A DNA stretch of 64,000 bases from Mustelus asterias (Eukaryota), in the NCBI RefSeq assembly GCF_964213995.1, contig NW_027590151.1:806001-870000 (forward strand), given 5' to 3'. The notes beneath the pieces are model-generated. The model was not told the DNA's origin. It did no database searches and saw only the letters and a list, made by a program, of their open reading frames with translations. A program made the position numbers and the translations under genes. Below, piece after piece: positions 10,893 through 24,200 of this stretch (position 1 is its first letter; every line of letters starts with the position of its first letter).

Positions 10893-13583
10893 GAAAAGGA
10901 AGAGGGAAGCTTATGTAGGGATGAGGAAACAAGGTTCAGATGGCTCGATTGAGGGTTACAAGTTAGCAAGGAACAAGCTGAAAAGGGGCTTAGGAGAGCT
11001 AGGAGGGGACATGAGAAGTCCTTGGCGGGTCGGATCAAGGAAAACCCCAAGGCTTTTTACTCTTTTGTGAGGAATAAAAGAATGACCAGGGTGAGGTTAG
11101 GGCCAGTCAAGGACAGTCGTGGGAACTTGTGTATGGAGTCAGTAGAGATAGGCGAGGTGATGAATGAATACTTTTCTTCAGTGTTCACCAAGGAGAGGGG
11201 CCATGTTTTTGAGGAAGAGAAGGTGTTACAGGCTAATAGGCTGGAGGAAATAGATGTTCGGAGGGAGGATGTCCTGGCAGTTTTGAGTAAACTGAAGGTC
11301 GATAAGTCCCCTGGGCCTGATGAAATATATCCTAGGATTCTTTGGGAGGCAAGGGATGAGATTGCAGAGACTTTGGCTTTGATCTTTGGGTCCTCACTGT
11401 CCACGGGGATGGTGCCAGAGAATTGGAGAGTTGGGAATGTTGTTCCTCTGTTTAAGAAAGGGAATAGAAATGACCCTGGTAATTATAGACCGGTTAATCT
11501 TACTTCGGTGGTTGGTAAATTGATGAAAGAGGTCCTTAGGGATGGGATTTACGACCATTTAGAAAGATGCGGATTAATCCGGGATAGTCAGCACGGATTC
11601 GTGAAGGGCAAGTCGTGCCTCACAAATTTGATAGAATCTTTTGAAGAGGTAACTAAGTGTGTTGATGAAGGTAGGGCAGTTGATGTCATATACATGGATT
11701 TTACTAAGGCGTTTGATAAGGTCCCCCATGGTCGGCTTATGATGAAAGTGAGGAGGTGTGGGATAGAGGGAAAGTTGGCCGATTGGATAAGTAACTGGCT
11801 GTCTGATCGATGTGGTGGATGGAAAATTTTTGGATTGGAGGCAGGTTGCTAGCGGAGTGCCACAGGGACCAGTGCTTGGTCCTCTGCTCTTTGTGATTTT
11901 TATTAATGACTTAGAGGAGGGGGCTGAAGGGTGGATCAGTACATTTGCTGATGACACCGTGCAAAGGGACCTGGGGGTCCTTGTGCATGAGACGCAAAAG
12001 CCCAGTCTGCAGGTACAACAGGTGATCAAGAAGGCAAATGGGATGTTGGCCTATATTGCGAAGGGGATAGAATATAAAAGCAGGGATGTCTTGATGCACC
12101 TGTACAGGGCATTGGTGAGGCCGCAGCTGGAATACTGTGTGCAGTATTGGTCCCCTTATATGAGGAAGGATATATTGGCATTGGAGGGAGTGCAGAGAAG
12201 GTTCACCAGGTTGATACCGGAGATGAGGGGTTTGGATTATGAGGAGAGGCTGAAGAGATTGGGTTTGTACTCGTTGGAGTTTAGAAGGATGAGGGGGGAT
12301 CTTATGGAGACTTATAAGATAATGCGGGGGCTGGATAGGGTGGAGGCGGAGAGATTCTTTCCACTTAGTAAGGAAGTTAAAACTAGAGGACACAGCCTCA
12401 AAATAAAGGGGGGTCGGTTTAAGACAGAGTTGAGGAGGAACTTCCTCTCCCAGAGGGTGGTGAATCTCTGGAATTCTCTGCCCACTGAGGTGGTGGAGGC
12501 TACCTCGCTGAATATGTTTAAAGCGCGGATGGATGGATTCCTGATCGGTAAGGGAATTAAGGGTTATGGGGATCAGGCGGGTAAGTGGTACTGATCCACG
12601 TCAGATCAGCCATGATCTTATTGAATGGCGGGGCGGGCTCGAGGGGCTGGATGGCCTGCTCCTGCTCCTATTTCTTATGTTCTTATTATGTTCTTATAAG
12701 ATTGGTGGAGTAGTGGATGAGGTGGAGGGCTGTTGTAGACTGCAAAGAGACATAGATAGGATGCAAAGCTGGGCTGAAAAATGGCAAATGGAGTTTAACC
12801 CTGATAAATGTGAGGTGATTCATTTTGGGAGGACTAATTTACATGTGGATTACAGAGTCAAAGGTAGGGTTCTGAAGACTGTGGAGGAACAGAGAGATCT
12901 TGGGGTCCATATCCACAGATCTCTAAAGGTTGCCACTCAAGTGGATAGAGCTGTGAAGAAGGCCTATAGTGTGTTCGCTTTTATTAACAAGGGGTTGGAG
13001 TTTAAGAGCCGTGGGGTTATGCTGCAACTGTACGGGACCTTGGTGAGACCACATTTGGAATATTGTGTGCAGTTCTGGTCACCTCACTCTAAGAAGGATG
13101 TGGAATCGCTGGAAAGAGTGCAGAGGAGATTTACCAGGATGCTGCCTGGTTTGGAGGATAGGTCTTATGAGGAAAGGTTGAGGGAGCTAGGGCTGTTCTC
13201 TCTGGAGTGGAGGAGGCTGAGGGGAGACTTAATAGAGGTTTATAAAATGATGAAGGGGATAGATAGAGTGAACGTTCAAAGACTATTTCCTCGGGTGGAT
13301 GGAGCTATTACAAGGGGGCATAACTATAGGGTTCATGGTGGGAGATATAGGAAGGATATCAGAGGTAGGTTCTTTATGCAGAGAGTGGTTGGGGTGTGGA
13401 ATGGACTGCCTGCAGTGATAGTGGAGTGAGACACTTTAGGAACATTTAAGCGGTTATTGGATAGGCACATGGAGCACACCAGGATGATAGGGAGTGGGAT
13501 AGCTTGATCTTGGTTTCAGATATAGCTCGGCACAACATCGTGGGCCGAAGGGCCTGTTATGTGCTGTACTGTTCTATGTTCTA
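10893..13583 (+). mobile_element. 5'-truncated CR1 LINE (RT to tail), split by a second CR1
   Basis: KSPGPDEIYP, GNYRPVNLTS, QHGFVKG, DFTKAFDKV, FADDT|KIGG split at ~11958/12696; tail (GTTCTAT)n. Confidence 0.9.
11959..12695 (+). mobile_element. Nested CR1 3' fragment of a different subfamily
   Basis: Starts VQRDLGVLVHE, ORF ends 12594, own tail (TTCTTATG)n; the outer RT resumes afterwards. Confidence 0.85.
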
Positions 13584-15103
13584 TTATAAACTGAATAACC
13601 ACAAATTAACCAAGTATTATAAGCTTAAACTGTATTTTCAATATGTATTGTGCCTTGGCCAACTTCGTTCCGAATACAGCATGATGGGAAATAGTGGTGG
13701 ACAGGCTGAATTCTTTGAATACAATGGAGCACAGAAAGGCAGCTTCTGGATATGCGAAAGGCAAGTTTAATGGCCTGGTATTTAAGGGAGTAAATCCGTT
13801 CATGGGTAGCGAGGCTGGAGCAGTCTCTCAAGCTGATAAAGGAGGCCCTGGTTCCAGCGAAAGAGTGACTCCTTTCACCAATTAAAATTCGCAGGTGTTA
13901 GTTATGGCCTTGGTTACTGGAATGACATGGGTTCGGTTTCCTCGGTAAAGGGGAAGGAACCTACATGGGCAATAAGCGAATAATCGCCTATTCCTGTTGA
14001 CAGGTGGAACGTAATTGGCTCAGATAATAATGGGTAATGTTGTGATTGGGCCTCCAGTCTGATTGACAAGACTGGGTGGGATTTTGAAATGTTCAGAATA
14101 ATATTACCTTGCAATATTAGCTCAGCGAGGACATTGACTGTGTGTCTCTCCTGATGCATGCATTTGCAAATAAATTCCTTTTCGTTCTTTAACTATATGC
14201 TGTCTTTCGCAGTCTCTGTATTGGTTGAGAGAGGTTCAGCAAAATGCAGAGCACCCCAGGGGGACACCTGAGAAAATTCTTCTTCCACCCTGAATTTCAG
14301 GTTGTTAATCGAATGGATGAGGGTTCCAGATGAGCTCAGACTGGAGTGGAGTCAGGTGATGTTACTGGGGTGGAAATGGACGGGTCTTGCCGATGATCTG
14401 GATATGTGGCTGGAAGCTCAACTCGGGGTGAAATATTTCACCCTGGTTGTGAACAGCCTGGTTCAGCCTCAGACACTTGGCAAGAAGAGGGATAGAGTTG
14501 CTGGCGAGGGAGTGGAATTTGCAGTGAGGATTGAAGACAATGGGTTCAGTCTTATCAGTGTTTATATGAAAGCAATTTCTGTTCTTTCAATACTGAAAGT
14601 GAGATAAGTCAGGATGATGTGTGAGTTGGAGGAACTTGGAGGTGATGGTGATCACATCTATCTGCTATCTGATCCTTCTAGGTGATGGAGGTTGAGGGTT
14701 TGGGAGATTCTGTCAAAGTTATCGTCAAGTTGTAGATGTATAAAATCCCTCGCCTTCACCCCCGGCCTCTCCTATTTCTCTCCTAACTCCTCCCACAATG
14801 CCCAGAGTCTTGTGTAGACCCAGTCCAGGTGGCAGGTTTCTTTCCCTCAAGGACATCAGCAAACAAGTTGGGTTTTTATGACAATCCAATCGCTCGTGCC
14901 GGCCCCACAAATGACCAGATTCATTCAGCTCAATTTCACAACCCGTCTTTGTGTTTTTGTGGGTTCTTTTTCACTCACTTTTTTCAATTTCACAGGTTTT
15001 ACAAGAGGAAGATTTGCAGTTGAGAAACTGAAACAAAACATGATATCAGAATCTGATGGAATCGGCCAATTTATTGTAACCTGAATATCATTGTGTTTTG
15101 AAC

Positions 15104-16319
<1,216 letters not shown>

Positions 16320-16575
16320 CTATTGTGATTGGATTTCAAATTAGGGAGAAACTGTGAAACTGTGGAGACTGAGGAGAGTTTCAGTTACCTGTCAGAGCTG
16401 GAAGCTCATCAGGACTTTTTGTTGATCGAGGGTTTCCACAAGCTGCTCTGAGACTTGTCTTCTCTCTGGAAGTTTCAAGGCACTCTATACTCATTATAGC
16501 AAGTATATTTATGGTTGCTAACTATTTAAAGTGGCATTTGCATTGGTAAGAGGAATGTTGCTTATTTGGAACTGA

Positions 16576-16915
16576 AATCATAGAATCATAGAAACCCTAC
16601 AGTGCAGAAAGAGGCCATTTGGCCCATCGAGTCTGCACCGACCACAATCCCACCCAGGCCCTATCCCCATATCCCTACGTATTTACCCACTAATCCCTCT
16701 AACCTACGCATCTCAGAACACTAAGGGGCAATTTCAGCATGGCCAATCAACCTAACCCGTACATCTTTGGACTGTGGGAGGAAACCGGAGCACCCGGAGG
16801 AAACCCACGCAGACACGAAGAGAATGGCAAACTCCACACAGACAGTGACCCAAGCCGGGAATCGAACCCAGGTCCCTGGAGCTGTGAAGCAACAGTGCTA
16901 ACCACTGTGCTACCG
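16576..16915 (-). mobile_element. HE1-type V-SINE
   Basis: Reverse complement of the consensus. Confidence 0.9.
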
Positions 16916-16968
16916 AGTTAGAAATTAAATTAAAGTTATTTCCATTCACTTTTAAATATTGTTCAAAT

Positions 16969-17277
16969 GTTAGCACTGATGCCTAACAGCGCCAGGGACC
17001 TGGGTTCAATTCCGGTCTCAGGTCACTATCTGTGTGGAGTTTGCACATTCTCCCCGTGTCTGCATGGGTTTCCTCCGGGGGTTGCTCCGGTTTTCTCCCA
17101 CAGTCCAAAGATGTGCAGGTTACGTTGATTGGCTATGCTAAATTAACCCTCGTGTCGGGGGATTAGCAGGGTAAATATGAGGGGTTGAGAGAATAGGGCC
17201 TGGGTGGGATTGTGGTCGGTGCAGACTCGATGGGCTGAATGGCCTCCTTCTGCACTGTAGGATTCTATGATTCTATG
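16969..17277 (+). mobile_element. HE1-type V-SINE, slightly 5'-truncated
   Basis: B-box GGTTCAATTCC, V-domain, tail (ATTCTATG)n. Confidence 0.85.
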
Positions 17278-17487
17278 TTAATAGTCAAGCTGCTTCATTT
17301 GTTGGAATTATATTTAAACTTTCATTCAATAAAGTTTGTTTTACCATAAAAGATCCCTAATTTGTCAGTGGAATTACCCCTGGAGTGAAGCATCCTATCC
17401 TCACACTTATGCCAAAATAGAAAAATTGTTGGGGTCTACTCTGATTTCCTAATGTAATTTAGAGGTTCTGGTCCAGGACCCGAACAG

Positions 17488-17712
17488 AAAGGATTCACTC
17501 AATCATCCACAGTGCAAACACTCTGGTTTCACACTGGGGAGAGACCTTACAAATGCCCAGACTGCAGGAACTGCTATAAAAGTTGTGGAGAGCTGATGTC
17601 TCATCAGCGTATTCACACTGATGAGAGACATTCAGGTGCTTTTACTGTGAGCCTGGGTTCAGGGGATCATCTCAACTCACTGTACACCAGTGAGTTCACA
17701 CTGGGGAGAGAC
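17488..17712 (+). pseudogene. Degenerate C2H2 ZNF fragment abutting an LTR-like end
   Basis: [33 protein letters not shown], then frameshifts; preceded by ...GGACCCGAACA. Confidence 0.7.
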
Positions 17713-18296
17713 CGGGGTCCTGATGGACTTATTCCTAGAATCTTAAATCAGGCTATTGAGATGAAAGCAAAATTCCATGGGTGCCAATAATCTGAAAAAA
17801 ACCTCAGAAAATGTTGGAAAAACTCAGCAGGTCTGGCAGCATTGGTGGAGAGAGAAACAGAGTTAACATTCGAGTCCGAATGTCTGGTCTTTAGTTGAAG
17901 AGGGGTAGAAATGGTGAGTAAGATAGTTATGTCAGTGTCACTATCAGTTCAGGACACAAATTCAGAACAGACAATTCCAATCCTTCACCCAAACATGTGG
18001 TTCAATCAAACTAAAAGACCAAAATCAGCAACAAAGTCCCAACAGAATCTCCCTCTCCGGGGCCACCTGGGCACAGACAAGACAGAAGATAAGTCGGCAG
18101 CCAGAGTGACCCCCGCCTCCCCATTCAGCCCCACCCATCCTGGATCTACAGATTACTGCTTAACCAAGGTCTCGAGCAGATCCAGAAGATCCTCCCATTC
18201 ACCCACCCACACCCACATTTTACAGCCTTTCAGACTCCTCATTTAGTTCAACAGTTTCAGAGAGTAAACTCTCTTTACTCTGAGAGTAAACTCTCA

Positions 18297-19138
18297 ATTG
18301 GGCCAGTGGGCTGATGAATGGCAGATGGAGTTTAATTTAGACAAATGCGAGGTGATGCATTTTGGTAGATTGAACCAGGGCAGGACTTACTCAGTTAATG
18401 GACGGGCGTTGGGGAGAGTTACAGAACAAAGAGATCTAGGGGTACAGGTTCATAGCTCCTTGAAAGTGAAGTCACAGGTGGACAGAGTGGTGAAGAAGGC
18501 ATTCAGCATGCTTAGTTTCATTGGTCAGAACATTGAATACACGAGTTGGGATGTCTTACTGAAGTTGTACAAGACATTGGTAAGACCACATTTGGGATAG
18601 TATGTACAGTTCTGGTCATCCTATTGTAGAAAGGATATTATTAAACTAGAAAGAGCGCAGAAGAGATTTACTAGGATGCTACCGGGACTTGATGGATTGA
18701 GTTATAAGGAGAGGCTGGACAGACTGGGACTTTTTTCTCTGAAGCATAGAAGGCTGAGGGGTGATCTTACAGAGGTCTATAAAATAATGAGGGGCACAGA
18801 TCAGCTAGATAGTCAATATCTTTTCCCAAAGGTAGGGGAGGCTAAAACTAGAGGGCATAGATTTAAGTTGAGAGGGGAGAGATACAAAAGTGTCCAGAGG
18901 GGCAATTTTTTCACACAGAGGGTGGTGAGTGTCTGGAACAAGCTGCCAGAGGTAGTAGTAGAGGCAGGTACAATTTTGTCTTTTAAAAAGCATTTAACAG
19001 TTACATGGATACGATGGGTATAGAGGGATATGGGCCAAATGCGGACAATTGGGATTAGTTTAGGGGTTTAAAAAAAAGGTGGCATGGACAAGTGGGGCTG
19101 AAGGGCCTGTTTCCATGCTGTAAACCTCTATGACTCTA
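18297..19138 (+). mobile_element. CR1 LINE 3' fragment
   Basis: WADEWQMEFNLDKCEVMHFG...LRGDLTEVYKIM; tail CTCTATGACTCTA. Confidence 0.9.
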
Positions 19139-19380
19139 CAACTCTGAGCCTATTTTGTTTATTTTTCTTTGATTGTTTCATTTTTCTTTCAGTCGGCAGC
19201 CCCCCCCCCCCCCCCGCTCCAGGCACAGCTTTTGTTCCTTTTCTCGCTCCATTCCCTTTGGCTCTGAGGAATTCACTTTGCTCTCATTCAATTTCTCCTG
19301 GCTTCCACCCTATCAGACCTTCCTTTAGTCCCTGTCTCACCCGCCCCTTTCTCCAAACCTGTTACATTTCTAACTTTTCC

Positions 19381-19419
19381 CAGTTCTGATGAAAGGTCAC
19401 AGAGCTGAAATGTTAACTG
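19381..19419 (+). ncRNA. Slightly decayed minimal hammerhead ribozyme in a Penelope-derived repeat
   Basis: CAGTT CTGATGA A AGGTC-ACA-GAGCT GAAA TG TT AACTG: 5-bp stem I, intact core, one stem II mismatch. Confidence 0.5.
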
Positions 19420-19474
19420 TGTTTCTCTCTCTGCGCAGATGCTGCCTAAACTGCTGAATTTTGTTCCAACATAC

Positions 19475-20630
19475 CATTCGTCTTTTTTACTGTCTTTTAC
19501 ACCTGCATGCTTACCTTCAGTGACTATTGTGCAAGAACACCCAGGTTGTGTTGCATATTTCCTCCTCCTACTGTATGACTATTCAGATAGTAATCTGTCT
19601 TCCCATTTTTGCTCCCAAAGTGGATGACCTCACATTTATCCAAATTATACTGCAACTGCCAATCATTTGCCCACTCACTCAACTTGTCAAATTACACTGA
19701 AGGATTGCTGCATCCTCCTCACAGCTCACCCTCCCACCTTGCTTTGTGTCATTAACAAATTTGGAGATATTGCATTTAGTTCCCTCATCTAAGTCATTTA
19801 TATGTAGTAACGAGCTGAGGTCCCAGCTCTGACCCCTGCATTACCCCATTAGTCACTTCCTGCCATTTTAAAAAAGTTTTTAAAAAGTTTATTTATTAGT
19901 CACAAGTAAGGCTTACATTAACACTGCAATGAAGTTACTGTGAAATTCCCCAAGTTGCCACAGTCCAGCGCCTGTTCGGGTCAATGTACCTAACCAGCAC
20001 GTCTTTCAGAATGTGGGAGGAAACCCACGGGGAGAACATGCAAACTCCACACAGACAGTGACCCAAGCCAGGAATCGAACCTGCGTCCCTGGCGCTGTGA
20101 AGCAGCAGTGCTAAGCACTGTGCTACCGTGCCGCCATTTGGAAAAAGACCCGTTTATTCCTACTCTTTGTGTCCTGTCTGCCAACTAGTTTCTATCCATC
20201 TGAACACACTACCTCAATCCCATGTGCTTTAATTTGACACATTAATCTTTTATGTGGGACATTGTCGAAATCCTTCTGAAAGTTGAAATAAACCACATCA
20301 ACTGGCTCCCCCTCATCAACTCTACTAGTTATATCCTCAAAGAATTCGAATCGTTTTGTCAAGCACGATTTCCCTTTCTTAAATCCATGCTGACTCTGTC
20401 CGATCCTGCCACTGTTTTTCAAGTCTTTTGCAACAGAATCTTTGAAAATGGATTCTTGAATATTCCCCACTAACAGTGTCAGGCTTACTGGTCTATAATT
20501 CCTTGTTTTCTCTCTACCTCCCTTTTTAAATAGTGGGGTTACATTAGCTACACTCCAACCTGTCGAAACTGTTCCAGCGTTTATAGAATCTTGGAAGATG
20601 ACCACCAATGCATCAACTATTTCTCAGGCA
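19475..20630 (-). mobile_element. Decayed CR1 RT fragment
   Basis: ANVTPLFKKGGREKTRNYRPVSLT, QHGFKKGKSCLT. Confidence 0.85.
19885..20134 (-). mobile_element. V-SINE, second family with a (TAAACTT)-type tail, nested in CR1
   Basis: HE1-like head but different 3' body (CACAGTAACTTCATTGCAGTGTTAATG...AATAAATAAACTTT); same family at 31369-31618. Confidence 0.8.
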
Positions 20631-21052
20631 CAATGCCAAGGCCAGACCTTGTTTCCCCCTTGGTAGGGATGTAACCAGTATCCACATCTCCACTTTCATA
20701 TGGTTCAGACTCTGAGAGCAGCAGCGGGTAATCTGACCCTGACAATTCCCACTCACTTTCAGCCATTTCTCACAAAAGCTGCTGGGATTGCAAAACTTCT
20801 GTCTGAAAAATATTTCCCTTTAGCTTCCAATCTCCACCAATAGAAAATATTCCCTCTGACCATGTTACAATCCTGACAGTGTTATGGTGAAGGAAGAAGT
20901 TGGAGCCAACCTTTATTTGGTACAGATTTATTTGGAGTGAAACTTCACAGGTATTTCCCTCCTAACTTCACACTATGTCAGTACATGTCTCTTCATTTGC
21001 ATTCATAATCATCCAATCAATGCCCTCAATTTGTATTTACTTAATCTCAAAT
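20630..21052 (-). mobile_element. Copia-like LTR retrotransposon relic: LTR, PBS and gag start
   Basis: 20863-21052 aligns with the LTR at 41847-42047; PBS-like TGGTCAGAGG; frameshifted gag-like SDYPLLLSESEPYE/VEMWILVTSLPRGKQGLALAL. Confidence 0.55.
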
Positions 21053-21173
21053 GATTTGTTATCCCCAAGAGTGGGAGCAGATAATAAGTCTAATCGGAGT
21101 GACTGCTGCGATGTCTCAGCAGAGGTTGAATCATTCAATGAATATGATTAACAGAAAAATCCCATCACAATAG

Positions 21174-22127
21174 TTACTTGTGAACTCGCTGGTGTGTCTG
21201 CAGAGTGGATGACTGAGTGAATCCCTTCCCACATGTGGAGCAGACGAAAGGTCTCTCCCCAGTGTGAACTCGCTGGTGTAACCGCAGGTTGGATGAGCGA
21301 GCAAAACCTTTCCCACAAACAGAGCAAATGAATGGCCTCTCCCCAGTGTGAACTCTCTGGTGTTTCAGCAGGTTGGCTGAATGAGCAAATCCCTTCCCAC
21401 ACTGGGAGCAGGTGAACGGTCTCTCCCCGGTGTGCCCTTCCTTGTGTATTGCTAGGTTGGATGACTGATTGAATCCCTTCCCACATACAGAGCAGGTGTA
21501 TGGTCTTTCCCCAGTGTGAATTCGCTGGTGCGTCCGCAATGTGTGAGAGTGAGCAAATCCCTTCCCACACTGGGAACAGGTGAATGGCCTCTCCCCAGTG
21601 TGAACAGTCTGGTGTGTCAGCAAATTTGATGACCGACTGAATCCCTTCCCACATTGGGAGCAGGTGAACGGCTTCTCCTCAGTGTGAATTTGCTTGTGTA
21701 ATGCAAGGTTGGATGACTGAGTGAATCCCTTCCCACAAACAGAGCAGGTGAACGGTCTCTCTCCAGTGTGCATTCGCTGATGTTTCAGCAGATTGGATGA
21801 GTGAGCAAATCGCTTCCCACACTGGGAGCAGGTGAATGGTCTCTCCCCAGTGTGAATTCGCTGGTGTTTTACTAGGGTGGATGGGTGAGCAAAACCCTTT
21901 CCACACTGGGAGCAGGTGAATGGCCTCTCCCCAGTGTGACTGCGCCGATGAGTTTCCAGCAGGGATGGGTAATCGAATTCCTTCCCACAGTCTCTACATT
22001 TCTATGCCATCTCCCTGTTGTGACGGCAATTGTGCTCCGAAAGGCCAGATGATTGGTTGAAGTCTTGTCCACACAGAGAACATATGTACAGTTTCTCTTC
22101 ACTGTGAACGGTGCTATTTTCTTCCAT
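21174..22127 (-). pseudogene. C2H2 ZNF locus 4 (type B), 11 fingers, single early nonsense; a 7-finger ORF (21174-21773) remains
   Basis: ATG 22127 in frame with the 21773 ORF; TGG>TAG at 22004-22002 after finger 1; acceptor TTTCACAG| opens the exon at 22216. Confidence 0.8.
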
Positions 22128-22359
22128 GTTCAAAATACAATGATATTCAGGTTACAATAAATCGGACGATTCCATCAGGTTCTGATACATTGTTTGAATC
22201 CTCATCTTCTAAAACCCTGTGAAATTGATTAAAACAGAAAGAAGAGAGTAAGGGAACCCACAAAAATACAATGGTTGTGAAATTGAGCTGAATGAATCTG
22301 GGGCCAGCACTGGGAAAAAGTGACTATGAAAGCTTTTGGATTGCCAACTGATTCACTAA

Positions 22360-22585
22360 GATCAAAGCAAAATACTGTGGATGCTGGAATCTGAAACAAA
22401 AACAGAAAATGCTGGAGAAACTCAGCAGGTCTGACAGCATCTGTAGAGAGAGAATGGGGCCAACGTTCTGAGTCTGGAAGACCCATTGTCGACAAGTGTC
22501 ATCCAGACTCAAAACATTGGCTCTATTCTCTCTCCACAAACACTGTCAGACCTGCTGAATTTCTCCAGCATTTTCTGTTTTTGTT
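22360..22585. mobile_element. Palindromic non-autonomous element (Penelope-derived fold-back)
   Basis: ~100-bp inverted arms centred on TTGTCGACAA (22485-22494); 16-bp TSD CCAACTGATTCACTAA (22344-22359/22586-22601). Confidence 0.75.
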
Positions 22586-22689
22586 CCAACTGATTCACTA
22601 ATGTCCTTCACGAAAAGAAACTTGTCATCCAGGCTGGGTCTACACAAGACTCTGGGCACTGTGGGAGGAGACAGAGAGAAGTAGGAGAG

Positions 22690-23145
22690 GCCAGGGGTGA
22701 AGGAGAGGGATTTTATACATCAACAACTCAATGAGAACTTTGACAGAATCTCCCAAACCCTCAACCTCCATCATTCAGAAGGACTAAGATAGCAGGTAGA
22801 CGTGAACACCATCACCTCCAAGTTCCCCTCCAGCTCACACACCATCCTGACTTGTCTGACGTCAAGGACTAAGAGAATTTTTTTCCAAATCAATACTGGG
22901 AATTCTGAACCCATTGTCTTCAGTCCCCACTACAAACTCCACTCCCTCACCAGCAACTCTATCCCTCTTCCTGGGAACTGTCTGAGGCTGAACCAGGCTG
23001 TTCACAATCCTGGTGAAATATTTCACCCCAAGATGAGGTTCCAGCCACAATATCCACATCATCGTCAAGACCGCCTACTTCCACCTCAGTGACATCGCCC
23101 GACTCCACCCCAGTCTCAGCTCATCTGGAACCCTCATCCATTCTA
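22690..23145 (+). mobile_element. Old L2-like LINE fragments shared by type B ZNF introns
   Basis: Homologous blocks at ~14300-14760 (minus) and ~33840-34205; resembles the L2 stretch at 55180-55460. Confidence 0.55.
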
Positions 23146-23148
23146 TTG

Positions 23149-23800
23149 TGACGTCACACTCTCACCATTGTGACGTCACACTCACTCTCCATTGTGACGC
23201 GTAACTGTCATGAATTCTATTGTGACGTCAGGACTTCACTCCCTGCCGGTCTTCCACACTCAGCCTCAATGGCGGCAGTCAGCCCAGGCCTAACACGACA
23301 AGTTGCGGCTCCATTTGGCACAAACGGGGGGAACCGGGAAGTTCATTTCCGGGGTTTGCCTTTGAACATGTTTAGGATGCTGTTCACCCACCCGCCATGT
23401 TCATCGCTCCCCGCGCGCCGCCCTCTTCCTGGTATTGATCTTGGTTCCGACTTAAAACCGTCCGTCCATCGCCATTACCCGCACTGCGCATGCTTCAGAT
23501 CCCGCCCCTCATTCACTCCGATTGGTTGGAGGACCAGCCGCTCCCGCTCGGTCCTCCAGCCCCGCCCCCTCTTCCTATTGGTCCGGAGCTGCCGTCAATC
23601 AGTGCCCGGGCATTGTGATGTGGAGCATGCGCAGTGTCATTGCTGTCCTTGGCGCTTGTTTGTCCCGGAGAAGCGGAGTCAGCGTTAGGCGGTGGCTGGG
23701 AGGATTTGGAAACACTTTGTGGATCCGCAAACCCTTCAGAATCATTGTCAGCTCCCTGGTTTGCAGCTGCGGGGCTTCTCCCTCCCTCCCTCCCGGGAAC
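23149..23800. promoter_or_regulatory. Bidirectional CpG-island promoter P2 (locus 4 <- -> locus 5)
   Basis: High CpG; three TGACGTCA, NRF1-type TGCGCATGC (23485) and GCATGCGCA (23625), CCAAT (ATTGG) x2, GC boxes, YY1-like AATGGCGG; inverted paralog at 48700-49350. Confidence 0.7.
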
Positions 23801-24054
23801 AGGCCCAGGTTAACGGCCCCATCCTGGCTCAGCCACTGGAGGATGGTTCACATCAGAGGATGGGGGAGGGGGACAATAAATAACAGGTTACACTTTGGCC
23901 TCAAATCAATGAGGACTCTGATCTCTGGGAAGGAAGGAAACCCTGGGAGGTGGGCGGGGAGGATTCACAAACACCCGCTGGAGGCCCCAACACCCCCAAT
24001 AAGACCCATTGGTTTTATTGTCAGTCTGCAGACAGCAGCTGGAGAACTGAACCC

Positions 24055-24200
24055 ATGATGTGGAGATGCCAGCATTGGACTGGGGTAAACACAGTAAGAG
24101 TTTTAACAACACCAGGTTAAAGTCCAACAGGTTTATTTGGCAGCAAATGCGATTAGCTTTTGGAGCGCTGCTCCTTTGTCAGATGGAGTGGATATCTGCA
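24055..24200 (-). mobile_element. Penelope pseudo-LTR fragment with mutated hammerhead core
   Basis: Near-identical to 63055-63199; core reads CTGACAA...AAAA. Confidence 0.75.

Noticed and set aside
13590-14280. Unassigned segment possibly of LTR origin (similarly 1-800, 44130-44700, 57790-58330)
   Set aside because: No termini, TSD or protein motif that I could support.
18255-18298. Short duplicated/palindromic GAGAGTAAACTCTC
   Set aside because: Sits at a CR1 5' truncation junction; best explained as templated filler.
23170-24058. 170-180 aa ORFs in CpG islands (also 49049-49840)
   Set aside because: GC-rich, stop-poor sequence; frames not maintained between P2 and P4; the latter ORF spans unrelated repeats.
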